Assembly: GCA_963821725.1 (NCBI GenBank) | Contig: CAWGFA010000014.1 | Coordinates: 48,797 to 112,796, forward strand | Source: an uncultured Acidimicrobiia bacterium | GTDB taxonomy: Bacteria > Actinomycetota > Acidimicrobiia > Acidimicrobiales > JACDCH01 | Direction of reading: 5' to 3' | DNA: 64,000 bases | Shown here: piece after piece, positions 1 through 9,372 of the stretch | Layout: each line of letters begins with the position of its first letter | How positions within the stretch are numbered: the first letter of the stretch is position 1 | Notes under the pieces: generated by a model | What the model saw: only the letters and a program-made list of their open reading frames with translations | Told to the model about the DNA's origin: nothing | Database searches by the model: none | Translations under genes and position numbers: made by a program

Positions 1-822
1 CTGTGGGCTATCGCCTTCCTGCTCGGTGGCGTCGAAGCGGCGCAGCGGCGCCGGCCATGGTTGGCGGGAACGTTGTGGGCGCTCGCGATCGGGTGTCGCA
101 TGGCCACGGTGCTGCTGGTCGTCGCGTATCTCGCCGCCGATGCGATCCTGCGGCGTTCGATCTCGCGGCAGACTGTGGTTTCCGGCGTCCTCGCCGGTGT
201 TCTCGGTTGCGCGTTGTTCGTTCCTGCGTGGATCTCAGTCGGCCGCTCGGCCGACTTCCTGGAGAACACGTTCGGTTCGCCGACGGTGGCAGGGTTGTTC
301 GGTCGATGGGTGTTGAAGCAGGCGCTGTTCATCGGCTTGCCCGCGCTGATCGTCCTCGCGGTCGGATGGCGATCGTTCGTCGATGCCCTCCGCCGCTGGC
401 GCTCCAGCACCCTGCTGGCATTCGCCCTGATCGGGGGCGTGCTGCAGGAAGCGCTGTTCTTTCGCTTGCCATGGAAGTTCACCCACCTGCTGCCGGTGCT
501 CGTTTGCGTCGTCATCGTGTTCGCCCTCGTCCCTCGAACCCGACCCGAGTGGTTCGTCGCGCTGGCTGTGAGCCAGTTGCTGTGGGGTTTCATCGCCGTC
601 CGCACGGTCGTCCCCGACGTCCGCAACCAGGCGACGCGGGTCCGCTTCGACCTGTCGGTCGTGGCGGGGCCGCTGGTGTCGGACGTCCGCTGCCGAGTCG
701 ACGATCGTGGCCCGCCGCCGCACCCGACTCCCGATCAGGAGTACGCGCACGCCCTCGCGCTCTACCAGTGCACCAACAACTGGGCGTACGGCTCCGAGGT
801 CGACGTGCCCGCCTCGCCCTGA
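1..822 (+). CDS. polytopic membrane protein, 5' end outside window
   Basis: Frame 1 is open from base 1 (LWAIAFLLGGVEAAQ...) into track ORF 61..822. Several hydrophobic helices (VLLVVAYLAADAIL, ALFIGLPALIVLAVGW, LLPVLVCVVIVFALV). Family not recognised. Confidence 0.5.
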   Translation: MWAIAFLLGGVEAAQRRRPWLAGTLWALAIGCRMATVLLVVAYLAADAILRRSISRQTVVSGVLAGVLGCALFVPAWISVGRSADFLENTFGSPTVAGLFGRWVLKQALFIGLPALIVLAVGWRSFVDALRRWRSSTLLAFALIGGVLQEALFFRLPWKFTHLLPVLVCVVIVFALVPRTRPEWFVALAVSQLLWGFIAVRTVVPDVRNQATRVRFDLSVVAGPLVSDVRCRVDDRGPPPHPTPDQEYAHALALYQCTNNWAYGSEVDVPASP

Positions 823-835
823 GGTCGCGTTTGCG

Positions 836-883
836 ACGCCCGGGCGACTGACCACACAGGATGTGGCGAGACGCCCGGGCGTC
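836..883. repeat. dispersed palindromic repeat, family A (two inverted half-copies)
   Basis: Intergenic ACGCCCGGGCGACTGACCACAC-AGG-ATGTGGCGAGACGCCCGGGCGTC. Both halves resemble the 35-bp unit tandemly repeated at 35965..36049, in opposite orientations. Core is the palindrome ACGCCCGGGCGT. Confidence 0.5.
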
Positions 884-885
884 GG

Positions 886-1990
886 ATGTGCACGCGCGAG
901 GCACTGTGGTTCAATGCGGCGAGGGGGGGGACGTTGACCGGGCGAACGTTTCGTGTGATCCAGTGGGCAACCGGCGGCGTCGGCAAGGCGGCCATCGAGG
1001 GCATCCTCGGGCACCCCGATCTCGAGCTCGTCGGATGTTGGGTCCACTCGGAGTCGAAGTCGGGCAAGGATGTGGGCGAGCTCATCGGGCGCGATCGCGT
1101 CGGGGTCGTCGCATCGAACGACATCGACGACGTCCTCGCGATCGATGCCGATTGCGTCGTGTACGCACCGTTGCTCGCCGACCCCAAGGTCGTGATCCGC
1201 ATCCTGCAGTCGGGCAAGAGCATCTCGACACCGGTCGGGTGGGTGTACCCGGATCGATCGACGACAGCCAAGATCGAAGCGGCGTGCAGCGCAGGCAACG
1301 CGACGCTTCACGGCACCGGCATCCATCCGGGTGGGATCACCGAGAAGTTCCCGCTGATGCTCTCCGCGCTGCACGGGCTCGATCACGTTCGTGCGCGCCG
1401 AGGAGTTCTCGGACATCCGTACGTACGACGCGCCGGAGGTGGTCCGTGACGTGATGCTGTTCGGCGCCGAGCCCGACGTGGCGCGCACGAGCGTCATGGC
1501 CGACATCCTCGGCCAGGGATTCCGTCAGTCGGTCCACATGGTGGCGGACACGCTCGGCTTCGATCTCGACCCGGAGCTGCAGACCGTCCACGAGGTCGCG
1601 GTCGCCACGGCACCGATCCAGTCGCCGATCGGCGTGATCGAGCCCGGGCTCGTGGCTGCGCAACGGTTCCGCTGGGAGGGCCTCGTCGGGGGCGAGCCCG
1701 TCATCAGCGCTCGGGTCAACTGGCTCATGGGTGAGGACCATCTCGACCCGGCGTGGACCTTCGGGCCGGAGCGCGAGCGGTTCGAGGTCGAGGTCGTCGG
1801 CGATCCCTCCCTCACCGCGGTCTTCCACGGCTTCCATCCGGACTCCATCGCGACCGGTCTCGCGCGTAACCGGGGCATCGTCGCAACAGCCATGCACTGC
1901 GTGAACGCTGTTCCGTATGTGTGCGAAGCCGGGCCTGGGATCAAGACGTACCTCGATCTCCCGCTCATTGCGGGCCGGGCCTCGACGTGA
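886..1990 (+). pseudogene. DapB-N-like NAD(P)-binding oxidoreductase (dihydrodipicolinate-reductase-like family), one frame change
   Basis: Track ORFs 886..1449 (FRVIQWATGGVGKAAIEGILGHPDLELVGCWVHS, Rossmann GxGxxG) and 1391..1990 (RAEEFSDIRTYDAP...AVPYVCEAGPGIKTYLDLPLIAGR) read as N- and C-halves of one protein. Frame switch near 1380-1395. True start probably downstream of 886. Confidence 0.6.
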
Positions 1991-2784
1991 TCCTCGATCG
2001 GTTCCGGCTCGACGGACGCGTCGCGATCGTCACCGGCGCCGGCAAAGGAATCGGGCGTGGTATCGCCATCGGCTTCGCCGAGGCGGGCGCCGATGTGGCG
2101 TGCGCAGCCCGCACCGCGGACGACCTCGACGACGTGGCCGCCGAGATCGCCGCGCTCGGGCGACGGGCGTTGGCGGTGCCCACCGACGTGATGCAGACAG
2201 AGGACCTCGATCACCTGGTCGACGCAACGGTCGAACACTTCGGACGGCTCGACGTGCTCGTGAACAACGCCGGCGGCACGATGCCCCGCGCCGCGATGGC
2301 GACGAGCGAGCGCTTCTTCGAGACCGCGCTCCGGTTCAACGTCACTGCCGCGTTCCTCCTGACCCAGCGCGCCGCGCGCGCAATGGTCGACACCGCCGGC
2401 TCGGGCGCAGTCGTGAACATCTCGTCGCGGTCGAGCGACATGGTGCAGACGAGCTTCGTCGCTTACGGCGCCGGCAAGGCGGCGCTCAACATGATGACCC
2501 GCAACATGGCCGCAGATCTGGCCCCACGCGTGCGCATCAACGCGATCGCGGTCGGCGGAGTCGCGACCCAAGCGCTCGACGTCGTGCTCACCGACGACAA
2601 CCTCCGCTCGCAGTTCATCGCCGGCACGCCGATGGCTCGGCCGGGTGAGCCGGAGGACATCGCGTGCGCGGCCCTGTACCTCGCGTCGGATGCATCGAGT
2701 TGGGTAACCGGCAAGATCTTCCAGGTCGACGGTGGAGTCGAGGCCCCCGCGATCACGGTGCCCGTCCCGCCGCTCGAACCGTAG
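1987..2784 (+). CDS. SDR family oxidoreductase
   Basis: VAIVTGAGKGIGRGIA Rossmann motif, LVNNAGG, catalytic YGAGK. GTG at 1987 overlaps the upstream stop (GTGA). Within track ORF 1921..2784. Confidence 0.85.
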   Translation: MILDRFRLDGRVAIVTGAGKGIGRGIAIGFAEAGADVACAARTADDLDDVAAEIAALGRRALAVPTDVMQTEDLDHLVDATVEHFGRLDVLVNNAGGTMPRAAMATSERFFETALRFNVTAAFLLTQRAARAMVDTAGSGAVVNISSRSSDMVQTSFVAYGAGKAALNMMTRNMAADLAPRVRINAIAVGGVATQALDVVLTDDNLRSQFIAGTPMARPGEPEDIACAALYLASDASSWVTGKIFQVDGGVEAPAITVPVPPLEP

Positions 2785-2796
2785 GGTCGAGCCGCG

Positions 2797-3291
2797 ATGG
2801 TCGACCGGTGGTCGGACTTCTACGTCGCCGCGGGCGGTGCGGCGGCGGCGTTGACGGGGCTCCTGTTCATCGCGGTCTCGCTGCGGCCGAGGGAGATCCG
2901 TCACTCACACCTCATGATCGGGCGAGCGCGATCGGCGTTCTACGCATTCGCCTCGATCACGCTGGTCGCCCTGCTCGCGCTGGCCGCGACGGAGTCGAGG
3001 CTCGTCGGCATCGCGCAACTCGGTGTCGCGATCGGAGCCATTGGGCTCTCGGCACCCTTCACCGCGGCCGCGATCCGCGCTCGCCGGCTCAACTACGTCC
3101 GCGCCGCGTTCTACCACGGCGGCCTACTCGTCGTCGCGGCCGGCGGCGCAGTCCGAGCGCTCGACGGCGACCCGCGTGACTACTCGGCGGTACTCGCGAC
3201 CGGTGTGCTGGTGCTGCTCGGGATCGCGCTCAGCAACTCGTGGCAGTTGGTGATCTCACACGAGGCCGACGAGTCCGGCGCCACGGCCTAG
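2797..3291 (+). CDS. hypothetical membrane protein
   Basis: 164-aa ORF with about four hydrophobic helices (AAAALTGLLFIAVSL, AFYAFASITLVALLALAA, VLATGVLVLLGIAL). No family recognised. Confidence 0.55.
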   Translation: MVDRWSDFYVAAGGAAAALTGLLFIAVSLRPREIRHSHLMIGRARSAFYAFASITLVALLALAATESRLVGIAQLGVAIGAIGLSAPFTAAAIRARRLNYVRAAFYHGGLLVVAAGGAVRALDGDPRDYSAVLATGVLVLLGIALSNSWQLVISHEADESGATA

Positions 3292-3300
3292 CCTCCCCGC

Positions 3301-3909
3301 ATGGGCCGGTTCACGCGTGGCTTCTTCGGGCGACAGGCCAACCGAGACCCGCGCCTCCCGCCCGGGCAGTACGACACCGGGCGCTCGTGGCCCGTGCTCA
3401 CTGCCGAGGTGACGCCCAAGCTCGACCTCGACTCGTGGACGTTCCGCGTCGAGGGACTCGTCGACCACCCGATGTCCTGGTCGTGGGACGAGATCCACGC
3501 GCTGCCGGTCGACGACTATCAGGGCGCAATCCATTGCGTGACGACATGGTCCAAGTTCGACATGAGCTTCAGAGGTGTCTCCGTCGACACGCTGCTCGAG
3601 GCTGCATCGCCGATGCCGGCTGCAACGCACGTGGTCGCGTTCTCGCACACCGGCTACACGACGAACTTGCCGCTTGCCGATGTGACCGGAGGCAAGGCGT
3701 GGGTTGCATGGGAGGTCGACGGACAACCGCTGGCACGCGACCACGGCGGCCCTGCACGCCTGCTCGTCCCGCACCTCTATTTCTGGAAGAGCGCGAAATG
3801 GGTCGCGGGCCTCCGGGTGCTCGATCACGACGAGCCCGGGTTCTGGGAAGTGCGCGGGTACCACGACCGTGGCGATCCCTGGCTCGAGCAGCGCTACCAG
3901 GGCGACTAG
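3301..3909 (+). CDS. sulfite oxidase-like (molybdopterin-binding) oxidoreductase
   Basis: WTFRVEGLVDHPMSWSWDEIHALP...IHCVTTWSKFDMSFRGVS...ARLLVPHLYFWKSAKWV is typical of the small Oxidored_molyb-domain family. Confidence 0.8.
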   Translation: MGRFTRGFFGRQANRDPRLPPGQYDTGRSWPVLTAEVTPKLDLDSWTFRVEGLVDHPMSWSWDEIHALPVDDYQGAIHCVTTWSKFDMSFRGVSVDTLLEAASPMPAATHVVAFSHTGYTTNLPLADVTGGKAWVAWEVDGQPLARDHGGPARLLVPHLYFWKSAKWVAGLRVLDHDEPGFWEVRGYHDRGDPWLEQRYQGD

Positions 3910-3918
3910 GCGACGCCG

Positions 3919-4659
3919 ATGACGAGCATCGCACCTGACGCCGACGCTCCGGACGATGTACCGAAGATCGGGCGCTGGCAGGCCGCGACGGTTCTCGACA
4001 TCAAGCCCGAGACGGCGCGCGTCAAGACGTTCCGACTCTCCCTTCCGGAACCGGCGCCGTACATGGCGGGCCAGCACTTCCTCGTCCGGCTCACCGCACC
4101 CGATGGTTATTCCGCGCAGCGGTCCTATTCGGTCGCGACGCCACCGGGCAACGGCAGTGAGATCGAGTTGACGATCGAGCGGTTGGACGATGGTGAGGTT
4201 TCGACTTTCCTGCACGACGAGACAGTCGCCGGCGACATGGTGGAGGTCCGCGGTCCGATCGGTGGCTGGTTCGTGTGGGACGGGAGCAGCCCCGCACTGC
4301 TCGTCGGCGGGGGCTCCGGTGTCGTTCCGCTGATGGCGATGCTGCGACTGGCCCGCGCTCGTCCCGACCAACATCAAGCACACCTCGTGTTGTCGGTGCG
4401 GTCGCCCGAGGATCTGATCTACGCGGACGAGATCCACGGCCCTGACACGACCATCGTCTACACGCGCCAGACTCCTGCGGATGTCGATCGCGCGGCCGGA
4501 CGGCTGACCGCGGACGATCTGCTGGCACATGTACGCGAAGGCGCCACGACCTACGTCTGCGGCTCGAGTCGATTCGCGGAAGCCGCCAGCGACCTCCTCG
4601 TCGGTGCCGGGGTCGCCGAGAACGCGATACGCATCGAGCGGTTCGGACCGACCGGTTAG
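3919..4659 (+). CDS. FNR-type FAD/NAD(P)-binding ferredoxin reductase-like oxidoreductase
   Basis: RSYS FAD motif (AQRSYSVAT), GGGSGVVP NAD(P) motif and a C-terminal ...YVCGSSRF motif. Adjacent to the molybdoenzyme gene, a common pairing. Confidence 0.8.
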   Translation: MTSIAPDADAPDDVPKIGRWQAATVLDIKPETARVKTFRLSLPEPAPYMAGQHFLVRLTAPDGYSAQRSYSVATPPGNGSEIELTIERLDDGEVSTFLHDETVAGDMVEVRGPIGGWFVWDGSSPALLVGGGSGVVPLMAMLRLARARPDQHQAHLVLSVRSPEDLIYADEIHGPDTTIVYTRQTPADVDRAAGRLTADDLLAHVREGATTYVCGSSRFAEAASDLLVGAGVAENAIRIERFGPTG

Positions 4660-5022
4660 ATGAGCGACACCTCGGGACCCAGCGCCGTCGTCGACGACCG
4701 AGCGCACCACCGGTTCGTCCATCGAACGGCCACCAGCGGCGGCGACAGCGGCGACATCGATGCCGAGCTCGTGTACCGGCTCGGTGAGGACAACCGCTTC
4801 ATCCTGGTCCACACGGAGGTCGATCCGTCGTTGCAGGGTCGTGGCGTCGGCGGGCAACTCGTGCTGGCTGCAATCGACCGCGCACGATCCGAGGGATTGA
4901 CCATCGTCCCGTGGTGCCCGTACGCCCGCCACTGGCTGCGCGAGCACCCCGATGCAACGCGGTCGGTCGACATCGATTGGCACACACCGCCGCAGTCCGG
5001 CGACGAGGGAACCGAGCCGTGA
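4660..5022 (+). CDS. GNAT family N-acetyltransferase (YjdJ-like small type)
   Basis: LVHTEVDPSLQGRGVGGQLVLAAIDRARSEGLTIVPWCPYA matches the acetyl-CoA-binding Q/RxxGxG/A core of small GNATs. Confidence 0.65.
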   Translation: MSDTSGPSAVVDDRAHHRFVHRTATSGGDSGDIDAELVYRLGEDNRFILVHTEVDPSLQGRGVGGQLVLAAIDRARSEGLTIVPWCPYARHWLREHPDATRSVDIDWHTPPQSGDEGTEP

Positions 5023-5771
5023 CGCACGATCTGTTCATCGTCTTGGCGTCGTTTCTCGCCTGTGCGGTCGAGATGGTCGAAGCGTTGACGATCGTGCTCG
5101 CGGTGGGGGTGACACGAGGATGGCGATCGACGCTGATCGGCACCGCGACCGCTCTTGTCGCGCTCACGCTCGTCGTGGCCGCACTCGGACCGGCACTCGC
5201 CGTGCTTCCCATCGACGGGTTGCGAGTCATCGTCGGCGGTCTGCTGCTCGTGTTCGGTTTGCAGTGGCTGCGCAAGTCGATCCTTCGATACGGCGGGTTC
5301 AAGGCGCTCCATGACGAGGACGAGATCTTCAAGGACGAACAGGAGGCGGCGCGCGCCGCAACCATCGACCGCGAAGGGCTCGACTGGTACGCGTTCACCG
5401 TTGCGTTCAAGGGCGTGTTTCTCGAAGGACTCGAGGTTGCGTTCATCGTCATCACGATCGGTGGCGCGCAGCACAACGTCGCCTTGGCGGCGGTGGGCGC
5501 GGCCGCCGCCGGACTCGTCGTGCTCGCCGCTGGGTTGATCGTGCACCAGCCGCTCAGCCGCGTACCGGAGAACACGATCAAGTTCGTCGTCGGCGTGATG
5601 CTGACCACGTTCGGCGTGTTCTGGGCAAGCGAAGGCGCGGGCGTCGAGTGGCCGGGTGGGGATGTGGCGCTGCTGGGTGTTCTCGCCTACGTCGCCGCCG
5701 TCAGCGCGCTTCTGGTCGCTGCGACGCGACGCCGTCATGTTCGGTTGCTCGCCGCGGAGCTCGCGACGTGA
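5019..5771 (+). CDS. integral membrane protein (COG4280/GDT1-like)
   Basis: GTG at 5019 overlaps the upstream stop (GTGA). MVEALTIVLAVGVTRGW..., a central acidic loop, then a second hydrophobic half. Within track ORF 4911..5771. Confidence 0.55.
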   Translation: MTHDLFIVLASFLACAVEMVEALTIVLAVGVTRGWRSTLIGTATALVALTLVVAALGPALAVLPIDGLRVIVGGLLLVFGLQWLRKSILRYGGFKALHDEDEIFKDEQEAARAATIDREGLDWYAFTVAFKGVFLEGLEVAFIVITIGGAQHNVALAAVGAAAAGLVVLAAGLIVHQPLSRVPENTIKFVVGVMLTTFGVFWASEGAGVEWPGGDVALLGVLAYVAAVSALLVAATRRRHVRLLAAELAT

Positions 5772-5983
5772 AGTACGTCGAATCGTTCTTCCGGTTCTGG
5801 TACGACTTCGTCGTCGGCGACGACTGGCGGGTTGCCGTCGGTGTCGTTTTCGCAATCGGTGCGACGTACTTCGCCGTCGACTCGGGACGCAACTGGTGGT
5901 GGCTGTTGCCCGCTGCCGTGGGCGCGCTTCTCGCGATGACGGTCCTGAGCGAAACCGTGCGGCGCGACAACGACAGCGCGTGA
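5768..5983 (+). CDS. small membrane protein
   Basis: GTG at 5768 overlaps the upstream stop (GTGA). VKYVESFFRFWYDFVVGDDWRVAVGVVFAIGATYF...WWWLLPAAVGALLAMTVL gives two helices. Within track ORF 5648..5983. Confidence 0.45.
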   Translation: MKYVESFFRFWYDFVVGDDWRVAVGVVFAIGATYFAVDSGRNWWWLLPAAVGALLAMTVLSETVRRDNDSA

Positions 5984-6004
5984 ACCGCGGGTACGTTCGC
6001 ACCG

Positions 6005-6265
6005 ATGCGCTCCAAGGTCATCCGGATGTCCGCGTGCGGGTTGCTCGCCGCCCTGCTCGCGGCAGGATGCTCGTCGGGCAAGACGTCCAAAGTCACGACG
6101 TCGGACAGCTCGGTGACCGACCCCGGCACCCCAGCGAGTCCGGCTGGCCACAAGAAGGCGGCGAGTCATCCCAAACCCGCCAACCATCCGAAGGCACCAC
6201 ATCCGACGCAGCCCAAGTCCGGCACCGCGCACAACAAGCAACCCAAGCCGTCCGTCCGCAACTGA
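6005..6265 (+). CDS. lipoprotein, Pro/Lys/His-rich
   Basis: Signal peptide plus lipobox LLAAG|CSSG. The mature part is low-complexity. Confidence 0.6.
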   Translation: MRSKVIRMSACGLLAALLAAGCSSGKTSKVTTSDSSVTDPGTPASPAGHKKAASHPKPANHPKAPHPTQPKSGTAHNKQPKPSVRN

Positions 6266-6268
6266 AGG

Positions 6269-6315
6269 AGCTGTGTGCGTCAACCGACGCGTCAGGTCGG
6301 TTCGCGCACACAGCT
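6269..6315 (+). terminator. nested GC-rich hairpin downstream of the lipoprotein gene
   Basis: AGCTGTGTGCG(6269-6279)/CGCACACAGCT(6305-6315) arms enclose a second stem AACCGAC(6282-6288)/GTCGGTT(6296-6302). Starts 4 nt after the stop. No T-tract. Confidence 0.45.
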
Positions 6316-6378
6316 GGCTCCGAGACGCGATGCGATTGACCGATCGGAGATGAGACATACTGTCCGGGGTCTTGGCGG

Positions 6379-7407
6379 GTGCGGACGTCCGGAGGTCGCG
6401 TGGTGGACTCTGCAGAGCTCGAACGCCTCACCGAAGCCATGTGCATCGAAGCCGACCCCACGGCGGGCGCGCGGTTCCGTACCGCAGCGGCGCAGCTCGA
6501 CGGCCTCGACCTCGACACCGTGGCTCGACCGCCGGTGGCAACCGAGGCAGCGCGGCTGCTCGTCAGCCTCGCTCTAGCCGGCGCGTCCGACGAGCTCGGT
6601 GAGCTGCTCGTCCCGGATCCGGCCGTGTCGGAGAACACGTGGACAGTTGCTTGCTATCAGATGGGCGACCTCACGCCAGTGGCCGCGCAGGACTTCGACG
6701 ATCCCGTCGATGCAGTCGTGACGGTGGCGGCCCGCCCCGAAAACGCGCACGTCGGGGCGGAACTCGTCGCGTGGAACGAGAGCGGGCTGCGTTGGACCGC
6801 GATGTTTCGCACGGACGACCGCGTCTTGTTCCAGTTGCCCACCGCCGATACCGCGGAGGCAGGTGAGGAGACGGACGACGGCGATCACACCGACGAGCTG
6901 CTCGGCGCGCTCGGTCGGTGGCGCATGCGTCTCGATGAGTGGTCCGGTCTCGACGGGACAGCGTTGCGCGATGAATTGCAACCATCGCGCGAAGCCGAGC
7001 CGGCGGTGCCAGTGCAGTTGCGGTTGCCGGGATTTCCGCCACCTCCCGCGCCGACCGCGCACGCGGAGACGACATCGACACCATCGCGGCTCGACCCGCC
7101 GTCACGACGGGCCGCGGCGCAGCTGCAAGCGCTCGAGCAGCGGCTGACCCACATCGAGTCGACGGTGCGCGAGATCAGCGCGGGACTGCAGACATTCGCG
7201 GACGACGCGGAGCATCGAGACGACGCATCGTCCGAAGCTGTCGAGCATGCGATCGACGTCCGCTTCCAGGTTCTCTCACGGGTCGTGCAGGCCGCGCTCG
7301 ATCGACTCGGCGCGCAACTCGTCGACGAGATGAAGCACCTCGCGCCGGTCGACGGCGCGGACGACGACGGCTCCAACGTCATCGACATGCGCGGCTCGTC
7401 CGCATAA
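6379..7407 (+). CDS. hypothetical acidic protein
   Basis: 342-aa ORF with codon usage like its neighbours. Acidic, with a C-terminal coiled-coil-like segment (AAQLQALEQRLTHIESTVREISAGLQ). No family recognised. Confidence 0.5.
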   Translation: MRTSGGRVVDSAELERLTEAMCIEADPTAGARFRTAAAQLDGLDLDTVARPPVATEAARLLVSLALAGASDELGELLVPDPAVSENTWTVACYQMGDLTPVAAQDFDDPVDAVVTVAARPENAHVGAELVAWNESGLRWTAMFRTDDRVLFQLPTADTAEAGEETDDGDHTDELLGALGRWRMRLDEWSGLDGTALRDELQPSREAEPAVPVQLRLPGFPPPPAPTAHAETTSTPSRLDPPSRRAAAQLQALEQRLTHIESTVREISAGLQTFADDAEHRDDASSEAVEHAIDVRFQVLSRVVQAALDRLGAQLVDEMKHLAPVDGADDDGSNVIDMRGSSA

Positions 7408-7449
7408 CGAACGCGGCAACGGAACAACTCCGAGCCGGACTCGGCCGGC

Positions 7450-7839
7450 TCAGTTGCTGGTCGTCTTGACGCTGCCCGGGTTGCCGATCGTGATGGCGCC
7501 GCCCCAGGCGCACATGCAGGTGCATGTCGACGTCAATGCCGGCATGCCGCCGATCTGAGTGAGCAAGGCGCCTGGCATCCACGGCCCGGTCACCACCGGC
7601 ATACATGGTGCCGGGGTGAGCACGCCCATCGCCGCGGACGTCGCCGCCGCGACCGCAGGATTGGTGGGCGTGGTGCACATCCCGAAGGGCGGGATGTTGG
7701 TGATCGCCACCATGTCCTGCACCGTCGCCGCCGGCTTCCCCTCGACGAGTACCCGGTTGGTGGGCAGGACGTTCAGCGTGGACGGCGCCATGCCGAAGCT
7801 GCAGGTCAGCATGGCGGTCGCCGTGACGTTCGGTGGCAT
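7450..7839 (-). CDS. DUF4280 (PAAR-like) domain protein
   Basis: LTCSFGMAPSTLNVLPTNRVLVEGKPAATVQDMVAITNIPPFGMCTTPTNPAVAAATSAA...PCMPVVTGPWMPGA...CMCAWGGAITIGNPG matches the DUF4280 pattern. Intact ORF. Confidence 0.8.
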   Translation of the reverse strand: MPPNVTATAMLTCSFGMAPSTLNVLPTNRVLVEGKPAATVQDMVAITNIPPFGMCTTPTNPAVAAATSAAMGVLTPAPCMPVVTGPWMPGALLTQIGGMPALTSTCTCMCAWGGAITIGNPGSVKTTSN

Positions 7840-7852
7840 CGTCGCTCTCCGA

Positions 7853-9259
7853 TCAGGGCGGCGTCGGCGTGTTGGCGACGCCTGCGAAGTACGCGGACGC
7901 CGTGCACGGCCCGTTGTTGACTGTGGTCTGGCACGCGACCGCGATCGTCAGGTTCTGTCCGGAGGCGGGATCGACGATGATCGGCGTCACGAAGTGGTAG
8001 TCGAGATCGCGGAAGTTGTTGAGCCCTTCCTCGAACAAGATGTCAGTGCCGCGCAGGACTCTGAACGTGCCTGTGTCGCCGGCTGAGTTCTCGAACACGA
8101 CGTCGGTGATCAGCAGTTGCTTGCCTGCGGGAACCGGGGCCGGGGGCGAGGAGACGAACGTCGTGTTGTTCGGCACCGGCAGCGCGGTAGCCGGCGACGT
8201 CAGCCGGAAGGCGCCCGGTGTGCCCTGGCCGAGCACGCCGCCCGAACCAACCGCTCCTGGAATCGTCGTCGTCGTCGTTGCAGTGCCGCCACCACCACCG
8301 CGCCTGCCTGGGTCGCGCTCTCGGCTGCCTGGCTGGCACTGCCGGCTGCCTTGGTCGCGGCGCTGTCGGCGGCCTGCTGCGCGGTCTTGGCTTGGTTCGC
8401 GGCTTCGGCCGCGGCCGCGACCTGCGGCTTCACCGCGTCCTTCGCCGTGGATTCGATCACGGACTTGAACACGGTCTGCCACAGGATGAAGAGCACGAGC
8501 GCGGCGGCGAGCAGCGCGAGCAGCAAGCTTCAGCAACCACTTCGGGAGCAGCTGCTCCTGCACGACGACGCCGTCGGCGTACACCGGCGGGCCGGTTCGG
8601 TCCTCGTTCAGGACAGCGACCTGGAAGGGCAACGTCTTCGGATCGCCACGCCAGAACGTTCGCCTCGGGCGCACGGTGACGTTCGCGAACGTTGCCTTGC
8701 CCGGTGTGAGGTCCATGACCGTCGGATCGACGGTCACCTTCAGGTTGTCCTCTTCCTGCTCGATGAAGAACTGCACCGATCGCGACGTGTTGCCCGCGTT
8801 GTCGACGGCGAGCTCGGTCGTGCCTCGCCGCTTGAGCCGGATCGTTCTCGGCACCAGCTCGGCGTTCACCTCGTCGAACGGCAGGACCCGGATCGTTCCC
8901 TCGACGACCGCGGAGCCCGCGGTGTCTTCGCTCGACACGATGCGGACGGCGAACGGGATGTCACCGGCCGGCACCGACGACGACCGAGGTGGAGCGAAGG
9001 TGATCGTCACCTCTTCTTCGCCGCCTGGGAAGAGGTTCACCTCTGCGGGCTCAGCGGTCGCCCACTCTCCGACGTCACCGACCACGTCGATCATGAACTG
9101 ATCGACCACCTGGCCGGAATTGCGGATCCGATAACTCCAGGAGACGGACTCGCCGGGCTCGACTTCGTCTGCCTGGGACACAACTGCTGTCGCCACGCCC
9201 ATTAGTTCGGGAACGTAAAACTCGTCCCTCCGGATGTCCAGCACTCCCGGTCCGCCCAA
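7853..9259 (-). CDS. bitopic membrane protein with N-terminal beta-sandwich-like repeats; central segment apparently out of frame
   Basis: The 468-codon ORF is open, but its middle reads Arg-rich nonsense. The overlapping frame (track ORF 8200..8526) reads a clean TM helix LLALLAAALVLFILW plus an A/Q-rich linker. This implies two compensating frame changes (~8525, ~8290). N-terminal part has EPGESVSWSYRIRNSG and TELAVDNAGNTSRSVQFF. Start uncertain (TTG 9259 or ATG 9202). Confidence 0.55.
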   Translation of the reverse strand: MGGPGVLDIRRDEFYVPELMGVATAVVSQADEVEPGESVSWSYRIRNSGQVVDQFMIDVVGDVGEWATAEPAEVNLFPGGEEEVTITFAPPRSSSVPAGDIPFAVRIVSSEDTAGSAVVEGTIRVLPFDEVNAELVPRTIRLKRRGTTELAVDNAGNTSRSVQFFIEQEEDNLKVTVDPTVMDLTPGKATFANVTVRPRRTFWRGDPKTLPFQVAVLNEDRTGPPVYADGVVVQEQLLPKWLLKLAARAARRRARALHPVADRVQVRDRIHGEGRGEAAGRGRGRSREPSQDRAAGRRQRRDQGSRQCQPGSRERDPGRRGGGGGTATTTTTIPGAVGSGGVLGQGTPGAFRLTSPATALPVPNNTTFVSSPPAPVPAGKQLLITDVVFENSAGDTGTFRVLRGTDILFEEGLNNFRDLDYHFVTPIIVDPASGQNLTIAVACQTTVNNGPCTASAYFAGVANTPTPP

Positions 9260-9372
9260 AAGTGCCGACTGTCACGAACTTCCCTCTAGGGCAAAGACGT
9301 CCGATGTGACATATTGACCGCCTACGGATCGTCAGTCCCTGACGACCGACGGGTGGCAATTAGGAGAGCAGG

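Noticed and set aside
3256-4983. 575-aa minus-strand track ORF. Similar long antisense ORFs occur at 235..1506, 1525..2904, 42285..44204, 47685..49163 and 55386..56780.
   Set aside because: They lie antisense to well-supported family-recognisable genes and translate to Arg/Pro/Gly-rich low-information sequence. This is the usual open-frame artefact of high-GC DNA.
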